From a candidate division WOR-3 bacterium (lineage in GTDB: Bacteria; Hydrothermota; Hydrothermia; LBFQ01; DSFT01), in assembly GCA_965649115.1 (NCBI GenBank), contig CBFGJN010000051.1, positions 1-14,082 of the forward strand: a stretch of 14,082 bases of DNA, read 5' to 3'. Position 1 is the stretch's first letter, and the number at the start of each line of letters is the position of its first letter. The notes beneath the pieces are model-generated. The model searched no databases. It was not told the origin of the DNA and saw only the letters and a program-made list of their open reading frames with translations. This document shows, one piece after another, positions 8,176-14,082 of the stretch. A program made the translations under genes and the position numbers.

Positions 8176-9081
8176 TTGAAAGTTCTTTTGATTAGACTTG
8201 GACAGCTTGGAGATGTTGTCCTTACAACAAGTGTTATAGAACACTTATATGAAGAAAATTATGAAATTCATTATTTAACTAAAAAACCATTTGATGAAAT
8301 TTTTTTTGAGGATTATAGAGTTAAAAACGTTTTTATTTATGGCAAGGTTAAACTTTCTGAACTTTTAAAAGAAAAGTACGATTTAGTTTTAGATTTACAT
8401 TCAAAAATAAAAACAATTTTTCTTTCAAAAATTATTTCACCATTTCATTCAAAAACTTATAATAAACGAATTATTGAAAGGAGATTAACATTAATTTTTA
8501 AGAAACCTTTCAATAAATTGAAAATTTATGAAATGTATAATGAAGTTGTTAATTCTAATAAAAAGCCAAGAATTATTTTAAATTCAAAACCTATCATTGA
8601 AGGTGATTATATTGTTATAAATCCAACTGCAAGATATCCTTCAAGGATTTATAGACATTTTGATAAATTAGACAAACTTTTAGATAAAATTGGAATAAAA
8701 AAAGTTTATATTGGAACTGAAAGTGATTTACATTTTTTAAAAAACTTTGAATTTAATGGATTAAACTTAATTGGTAAGACAACAATAAGAGAAATGTTAA
8801 ATATTGTTAAATATGCTAAGTTGTTTATTGGAAACGATAGTGGTATTACTCATATAGCAAGTGCTTTTAATGTTCCTTCAATAGTTTTTTTTGGTCCTAC
8901 GGTTTTAAGTTTTGGCTTTGAACCTTTTTGTGATAGATATTATGTTCTTGAAATTAAAAATCTTCCTTGTCGTCCTTGTTCATTACATGGAGAAAAACCT
9001 TGTAAGAGAAAAGATTATGCTTGTTTAAGTTGGATAGAACCTGAATTAGTTTTTGAAAAAGTTTTAGAAATGCTATGTTAA
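8176..9081 (+). CDS. Glycosyltransferase family 9 (ADP-heptose:LPS heptosyltransferase-like)
   Basis: LLIRLGQLGDVVLT, DLVLDLH, NLIGKTT, FIGNDSGITHIASAF and FFGPT. C-terminal LPCRPC...PC....AC. Confidence 0.92.
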   Translation: MKVLLIRLGQLGDVVLTTSVIEHLYEENYEIHYLTKKPFDEIFFEDYRVKNVFIYGKVKLSELLKEKYDLVLDLHSKIKTIFLSKIISPFHSKTYNKRIIERRLTLIFKKPFNKLKIYEMYNEVVNSNKKPRIILNSKPIIEGDYIVINPTARYPSRIYRHFDKLDKLLDKIGIKKVYIGTESDLHFLKNFEFNGLNLIGKTTIREMLNIVKYAKLFIGNDSGITHIASAFNVPSIVFFGPTVLSFGFEPFCDRYYVLEIKNLPCRPCSLHGEKPCKRKDYACLSWIEPELVFEKVLEMLC

Positions 9082-9124
9082 AATTAGCTAACGAATGATT
9101 TTTTATTTATTCTGTTCAGTAAAT

Positions 9125-9561
9125 AGTTTTAAGTAATTGATAACTAAAATGCTTGAAATAATAGGGGGCTTTCAAGGGGAGCGAGACCTATAATGGCATA
9201 AGAATGGACATTTATAGACCCCTTACTCAAAATAGGGTGGGTTAGACACAGTCCCAAAGCATTGCTTTGTCTAGTAAAAAATCTTCTGAAAATATGGGTA
9301 TTTATAAGCCGAAGCCTTATTTTTAGGGTAGAATAAAATTCTTTGTTTTATTGGCGGTTATTTAAGGGGGCGATATGGGCTGGAAAATGATTTTAGAATG
9401 CTTTGTCTAGTAATTATTGCTAAATGTTTGATAATCAATTACTTATAAAGTTTTCAAGACCCCATAGCCAAAATATGGGTAAGTAAAGCCGAAGGCTTAA
9501 TTATAGGGCGGGTGGGAAAATAAAGAAAAATAAATAATTCCAGAATTTTTGGACAAAACAC
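9125..9561. repeat. Mosaic intergenic repeat cluster (about 3 units)
   Basis: A modules at 9242-9251 (inverted, partial), 9261-9277, 9397-9415 and 9544-9560 (inverted, degenerate). The reverse complement of 9399-9458 matches 62-121 at 50/60. Internal direct repeat 9289-9328 / 9470-9508. Confidence 0.9.
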
Positions 9562-9577
9562 AAAACAAACATTTAAA

Positions 9578-9593
9578 TGCTTTAAAATTTCAA
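9578..9593 (+). promoter_or_regulatory. -10-like box TGCTTTAAAATTTCAA (putative leaderless promoter)
   Basis: TAAAAT at 9583-9588 lies 7 nt before GTG 9596. Nearly identical to the box upstream of the tRNA operon. Confidence 0.6.
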
Positions 9594-9595
9594 TT

Positions 9596-10414
9596 GTGTC
9601 AAAAATTATCTACGATAAAATCAAGTATTTAGGAATTCAAAGTTCTTTTATTATAACTAATGCTTTTGAGCAATACTTTAAGAGTATAGCATTTAACGGT
9701 TATATTGTTTTTAACGATAAAGATTTTTGTTATATTTTAAGTGGTGAATTATTTGGAATTAAAAAAATTGAGGATGTTAAAAGACCTTGGTTTGCTGATG
9801 TTTATGAACTAAATCCAAAAGTTCTAATTTTTTTTATGAATTTTAAAAATGGAAATTTAATTGAAAATTTGAAAATTAATCCAAAAAGTTTGGATATTAT
9901 TATAAAAAATACAATTGAAACAACAAGTCATTTTTGGATTGAAGTAAAACATAAAGATGATTTATATGACATAATATATTTTTCTTCTGAAATTTGTGGA
10001 ATTTATAAGAATAGTCAAAGAACTGAAAGAATTCTTGAAAATGAATTTATTGAAAAAATTGAAATAAAGGTTTTTGATTTTAGAAATTTATTTGAAACGA
10101 AAAAAACTGAAATGATAAAAATTCTTTATTTGAAAAGATTTGAGAATATATGGAACAAATATAAGGATTTGATTATTAGAGAATATGGAAAGGAAAAAGC
10201 TGAAATTGAATTTAGGAAAATTCAAAAAGAACTTGCTAAAAAATTTCCAATTTTAGACCCGCTTGTTGGATTTGTTGATTTGGATAAAGAATTAAATTTG
10301 AAAATTCAATCTTTAAATGAAAATGAAATTAAGGCATTAGTTGAGTTATTATTGGAATTTTATAAAAAAACCTTACCAAAGAAATTTGATTTAATAAAAG
10401 AGGAAATTTCATGA
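9596..10414 (+). CDS. Hypothetical cytoplasmic protein (possible PATAN/DUF4388-like repeats)
   Basis: 272-aa ORF with GTG start, ATGA-coupled to the next gene. The domain guess is weak. Confidence 0.75.
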   Translation: MSKIIYDKIKYLGIQSSFIITNAFEQYFKSIAFNGYIVFNDKDFCYILSGELFGIKKIEDVKRPWFADVYELNPKVLIFFMNFKNGNLIENLKINPKSLDIIIKNTIETTSHFWIEVKHKDDLYDIIYFSSEICGIYKNSQRTERILENEFIEKIEIKVFDFRNLFETKKTEMIKILYLKRFENIWNKYKDLIIREYGKEKAEIEFRKIQKELAKKFPILDPLVGFVDLDKELNLKIQSLNENEIKALVELLLEFYKKTLPKKFDLIKEEIS

Positions 10415-11127
10415 AAAAATTCAGTGATTTGGTTTATTTAAAGCTTTCAAATGTTCTAAAAATAACATTTATTTTCATATTGATTGTAAATTTAATTTTG
10501 ATTTTTTCAATTTCAAAAGTTTTTGAAAAAGGAAGTGATATAGCATTTTTGAGAGGACAGCTTACGGAGTTTTCTCTTATGATATATGATATAGCATCAG
10601 GTATTCATTCAAAGGAATATGTTAAGGTATCACTTTTAGAAGATTTAAGAAAAATTCAGCCTATTTTAAATAAATATAAAAATGAAAATTGGTCAAAAGA
10701 CTTTTCTAATTTTGTCCAAAAATTCAATAAATTTATAGAAAATCCAAGTAAAGAATTGGCTGATGATATGTTTTTATTAGCAGAAGATTTAAATAGGAAA
10801 TTGCTTGAAATTGATATTGAAAGTAGAAAGTTCTCGTCAATAGGTATAATTATTATTGTTATTTTAAATGTTATTTTTATTGGGGTTCTTGGATTTTTCC
10901 TAATAAACTATGCTTATAAATTATCTATTGAATTTTCAGAACCACTTTTGGAAATTAAAAATATATTGTCAAAAATAGCTTTTGGTAGTATAGAAGTTCC
11001 CGTTAGCTATAACGGAAATATCGTTGAAGTTTTTGATATTTTTGAGAGTATTGAAACACTTAGAAAAGATTTATATGAAACAAAATTAAGAATACAAGAA
11101 ATTTTAAGAAAGTATAGAGAAGGTTAA
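10411..11127 (+). CDS. Two-TM membrane protein with a C-terminal HAMP-like domain
   Basis: Two hydrophobic helices flank a helical loop, followed by EPLLEIKNILSKIAFGSIEVPV....EVFDIFESIETLRKDL. SD GAGG upstream. Confidence 0.75.
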   Translation: MKKFSDLVYLKLSNVLKITFIFILIVNLILIFSISKVFEKGSDIAFLRGQLTEFSLMIYDIASGIHSKEYVKVSLLEDLRKIQPILNKYKNENWSKDFSNFVQKFNKFIENPSKELADDMFLLAEDLNRKLLEIDIESRKFSSIGIIIIVILNVIFIGVLGFFLINYAYKLSIEFSEPLLEIKNILSKIAFGSIEVPVSYNGNIVEVFDIFESIETLRKDLYETKLRIQEILRKYREG

Positions 11128-11131
11128 ATAA

Positions 11132-12400
11132 TTATACTTTTAATTCCATTTCAAGTAATTGTAAAAATTCTTTATTTGAGCTTGTTCTTTTCATTTTATT
11201 TATTAGAAATTCCATAGCATCAACGGTATCTTTACCTGATATTGCTTTTCTTAATGCCCATACTTTTTCAAGAACTTCCTTAGGTAATAAAAATTCTTCT
11301 CTTCTTGTTCCACTTCTATTTAAATCAATTGCTGGAAATATTCTTCTATCAGCTAATCTTCTATCCAAAACAATTTCCATATTTCCTGTTCCTTTAAATT
11401 CTTCGTATATAATATCATCCATTCTTGAACCCGTTTCAATTAAAGCAGTTGCAATGATTGTTAAACTTCCTCCTTCTTCAAGACTTCTTGCTGCTCCAAA
11501 GAATTTTTTAGGTCTTATTATCGCAGCAGCATCAAGTCCTCCTGTCATTGTTCTTCCAGAATGTGGAGCAATAACATTGTGAGCTCTTGTTAATCTTGTT
11601 ATTGAATCAAGTAGAATAACTACATCCATTCCCATTTCAGCAAGTCTTTTTGCTCTTTCAAGAACAATATCCGCTATATATACATGTTTTTCTGCTGGTT
11701 GGTCAAATGTAGAATAGTATATTTCTGCTTCTGGAACAAGCCTTTTCATATCAGTCACTTCCTCTGGTCTCTCATCAATTAGAAGAATTATTAAATATAT
11801 TTCAGGATGATTTATAACGATGCTTTGAGCAATTTTTTGAAGAAGAACTGTTTTTCCTGCTCTTGGTGGAGAAACAATAAGTCCTCTTTGTCCTTTTCCT
11901 ATCGGGATAAATAAATCTATTATTCTTCTTGATAGATCTTCGTCTCCTGGAATTTCAAGATTTATTTTTTGTGTTGGATAAAATGGTGTTAATTTTTCAA
12001 AATCTCTTCTTTCAGTAATTTTATCAGCTTCAATATCATTAATCGTTTCAATTTTTACAAGTGAATGATACTTTTCTCCTTCTTTTGGAGCTTTTGCAAA
12101 ACCGGCTATCATATCGCCTTCCTTTAATTTATATTTCCTTATAATCATAGGAGAAACATAAACATCATCTTGACTCGGTTGGAAGTTTTGATGAGGCATT
12201 CTCAAAAAGCCATATAAACCTTCTGGAATAATATCAAGAAGTCCCTCTTTGAAAACAAGTCCATCTTCGGTTGTTGTTCTTTCTATAATTTTCTTTATAA
12301 GTTCATCTTTTTTCATGTTTTCATATCCTTCTATATTCATCTGTTTAGCTATTTCATACAATTCCGAAAGTTTCTTTTGTTTTAATTCTCTTATGAGCAT
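11132..12400 (-). CDS. rho: Transcription termination factor Rho
   Basis: YGFLR, DDVYVSP, PIGKGQRGLIVSPPRAGKT, LLIDERPEEVTDM, LLDSITRL, EEFKGTGNME and SGTRREE. SD AAGGAGG. Confidence 0.98.
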   Translation of the reverse strand: MLIRELKQKKLSELYEIAKQMNIEGYENMKKDELIKKIIERTTTEDGLVFKEGLLDIIPEGLYGFLRMPHQNFQPSQDDVYVSPMIIRKYKLKEGDMIAGFAKAPKEGEKYHSLVKIETINDIEADKITERRDFEKLTPFYPTQKINLEIPGDEDLSRRIIDLFIPIGKGQRGLIVSPPRAGKTVLLQKIAQSIVINHPEIYLIILLIDERPEEVTDMKRLVPEAEIYYSTFDQPAEKHVYIADIVLERAKRLAEMGMDVVILLDSITRLTRAHNVIAPHSGRTMTGGLDAAAIIRPKKFFGAARSLEEGGSLTIIATALIETGSRMDDIIYEEFKGTGNMEIVLDRRLADRRIFPAIDLNRSGTRREEFLLPKEVLEKVWALRKAISGKDTVDAMEFLINKMKRTSSNKEFLQLLEMELKV

Positions 12401-12414
12401 AATTTTCCACCTCC

Positions 12415-13074
12415 TTAAAGCATTTTTGTATTGTTTATGTATAAGTCAAATGAACAGTTTAAAACTTTTGCTGCCTTTTGAGCCATTATGGTTCTATCAA
12501 GAAAAATCTCAAAGAATTCAAGAACAGGAGCAATTTTTATATCTATATCAATTTTATAAGAAATTGTTCTATTTTCTTTTGAAACAATTATTTCTCTATT
12601 TATTGATGCATAATTTACTCTATCGTGAATATCAACATTTAGATTTTCAATCGTTCTCACTCTTGTCCTATGAACATCAGCTTTATCTGCTAATATAAGT
12701 GCTGCTGAAACTTCCGAAACCGGATATCCACTTGCCTCATGATGCGTTCCAATAGCACTTATAACTATTCCTATTTCTTCATAATTCATACCCATTTCTT
12801 TTAAAATATCATATGCAATCATAGCTCCGCTAACCTCATGATTTAGTCTGTTTATACTATTTCCAATATCGTGTAAATAACCTGCAATTTCTGCCAATTG
12901 TGCGAGTCTTTCAGGATATTCAAGCTCTCTTAAAATTCTACCTGCTTGATATGAAACCCAACCGACATGTCTAAAACCATGTTCTGTATATCCAAGTGAT
13001 TCCAAACACTTGTCTGCAAGCATTATATAATATCTAACTTTTTCATTTTTCTTTAAGTCCTCTATTGTTATCAT
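12415..13074 (-). CDS. HD-domain metal-dependent phosphohydrolase
   Basis: GYTEHGFRH, AGYLHDIGN, HH and ADKADVHR motifs. SD AAGGAGG. Confidence 0.9.
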   Translation of the reverse strand: MITIEDLKKNEKVRYYIMLADKCLESLGYTEHGFRHVGWVSYQAGRILRELEYPERLAQLAEIAGYLHDIGNSINRLNHEVSGAMIAYDILKEMGMNYEEIGIVISAIGTHHEASGYPVSEVSAALILADKADVHRTRVRTIENLNVDIHDRVNYASINREIIVSKENRTISYKIDIDIKIAPVLEFFEIFLDRTIMAQKAAKVLNCSFDLYINNTKML

Positions 13075-13086
13075 ATTTACCTCCTT

Positions 13087-13767
13087 TTATATTTCACTTA
13101 TAAATTTTGGATTTTCTTCAATATAATTCCCAATAACAACATAGTCTGCTCCAAATTCAAGAATTTTTTCAATTGTTTGAGTATCTCTTATTCCTCCCCC
13201 TACAATTAAAGGTAAGTTTGTCCATTTTCTTATTTTTGTTAAAATATCAAAATTTATATAATTTTTTCCTCCTGAACCACTTTCTAAATATATTGCTGAA
13301 AAATTCATGATTTCACAAACCTTAATAAAAGATAAAATAATATCTTCATTTTCAGATATTTCATAAGCTTTTGAAATGATAAATGAACTTGTCCATTTAC
13401 TTGAAAGTAATAGATAACCACAAATATAAACATTTTTTTGAGATAATAAAATAGCATTTTTTAAAATTTCTGTCCAAAAATAATTATAATCATAAGTATT
13501 TAATGGAAATGGGATAAGAAATGCATCAAATTCATCATTTATCTGATAGGAACCTCCACAAAATGAAATTAGTGGTTTATTAATTTTCTTTTTAAAATTG
13601 GATAGGAATTTATGAAAACTAAAATTCTTTATTATGCTTCCTCCAAAAAATACAAAAGCTATATTTTCGTTATTATTTATATAATTGGAAATCATATCTA
13701 TATCTTCAAACTTCCATTTATCAGGGTCAATTAGAATTATTTTCTTTTTATGGTTTCTTACAAACAA
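13087..13767 (-). CDS. Geranylgeranylglyceryl/heptaprenylglyceryl phosphate synthase family protein (group II-like, divergent)
   Basis: LIDPDK, FGGS, GYLL, YLESGSGG, PLIVGGGIR and GADYVVIGN motifs. Confidence 0.82.
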   Translation of the reverse strand: MFVRNHKKKIILIDPDKWKFEDIDMISNYINNNENIAFVFFGGSIIKNFSFHKFLSNFKKKINKPLISFCGGSYQINDEFDAFLIPFPLNTYDYNYFWTEILKNAILLSQKNVYICGYLLLSSKWTSSFIISKAYEISENEDIILSFIKVCEIMNFSAIYLESGSGGKNYINFDILTKIRKWTNLPLIVGGGIRDTQTIEKILEFGADYVVIGNYIEENPKFISEI

Positions 13768-13777
13768 TTAAATAGAA

Positions 13778-13850
13778 TGGTGGCGGGCGGACTCGAACCG
13801 CCGACACGGGGCTTATGAGACCCCCGCTCTACCAGCTGAGCTACACCACC
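13778..13850 (-). tRNA. tRNA-Met(CAT), probably elongator; CCA not encoded
   Basis: GGTGGTGTAGCTCAGCTGGTAGAGCGGGGGTCTCATAAGCCCCGTGTCGGCGGTTCGAGTCCGCCCGCCACCA folds into a cloverleaf with G1-C72 paired. Confidence 0.92.
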
Positions 13851-13858
13851 TAATGAGA

Positions 13859-13932
13859 TAGCGGGGGAGGGATTTGAACCCTCGACCTCCGGGTTATGAG
13901 CCCGGCGAGCTACCTGGCTGCTCCACCCCGCG
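13859..13932 (-). tRNA. Initiator tRNA-fMet(CAT); CCA not encoded
   Basis: CGCGGGGTGGAGCAGCCAGGTAGCTCGCCGGGCTCATAACCCGGAGGTCGAGGGTTCAAATCCCTCCCCCGCTA has an unpaired C1/U72 and three consecutive G-C pairs in the anticodon stem. Confidence 0.96.
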
Positions 13933-13941
13933 TTAGTTAGT

Positions 13942-13958
13942 TTGAAAATTTTAAAGCA
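13942..13958 (-). promoter_or_regulatory. -10-like box TGCTTTAAAATTTTCAA of the tRNA-GGGPS-HD-rho unit
   Basis: Minus-strand TAAAAT at 13948-13953, 15 nt before the mature tRNA 5' end. Same consensus as the other unit starts. Confidence 0.6.
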
Positions 13959-13973
13959 TAATTTTAAAATTTA

Positions 13974-14062
13974 TGTGCCTTGTCCAATAATTCCCCCTCT
14001 ACCTTCCCTATGGATACCCCCACTATATTTTAACTCATCCCCTCCCATATCAACCCCTCAAT
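13974..14062. repeat. Further diverged mosaic repeat unit (probably runs off the window edge)
   Basis: A module TGTGCCTTGTCCAATAATT at 13974-13992. 14044-14062 CCCATATCAACCCCTCAAT resembles the reverse complement of 9360-9379. Confidence 0.7.
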
Positions 14063-14082
14063 CAGCCAAATTACTATAACTA

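Noticed and set aside
9082..9595. CRISPR array interpretation of the repeats
   Set aside because: No regular repeat-spacer period, mixed orientations, the intervening segments are themselves repeated, and no cas genes are present.
12249..12698. 149-aa + strand ORF
   Set aside because: Antisense to rho and the HD gene.
13778..13850. tRNA-Ile2 (lysidine) identity
   Set aside because: The acceptor stem has G4/G5 rather than the C4-G69/C5-G68 TilS determinants, so elongator Met is preferred. Ile2 is not fully excluded.

Overview
Very AT-rich bacterial chromosomal segment with K/E/I-rich proteins and GC-rich tRNAs; the host cannot be determined from sequence alone. Housekeeping and envelope genes: CE4 deacetylase, PhoD-family phosphatase, lepB, a LEA_2-like lipoprotein, fumC, a GT9 heptosyltransferase-like gene, rho, an HD hydrolase, a GGGP-synthase-like gene and two CAT-anticodon tRNAs. 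It also carries a type II restriction-modification pair. The most unusual signal is non-coding. All five large intergenic spacers (1-359, 6343-6477, 7992-8175, 9082-9595, 13933-14082) are built from one family of shuffled modules: module A (TGCTTTGTCYARTAATT end motif), module B (TAAGTnATTGA-N3-TCAATnACTTA palindrome), module C (GC-rich GAA-loop mini-hairpins) and shared linkers. Two inverted A ends bracket the R-M cassette, and no transposase is present. Every apparent transcription-unit start has a (C)TTTAAAATTT -10-like box. For the six protein genes it lies 7-10 nt before the start codon with no Shine-Dalgarno, suggesting leaderless mRNAs. In three cases module A places a TTGACA-like hexamer 26-27 bp upstream of that box.
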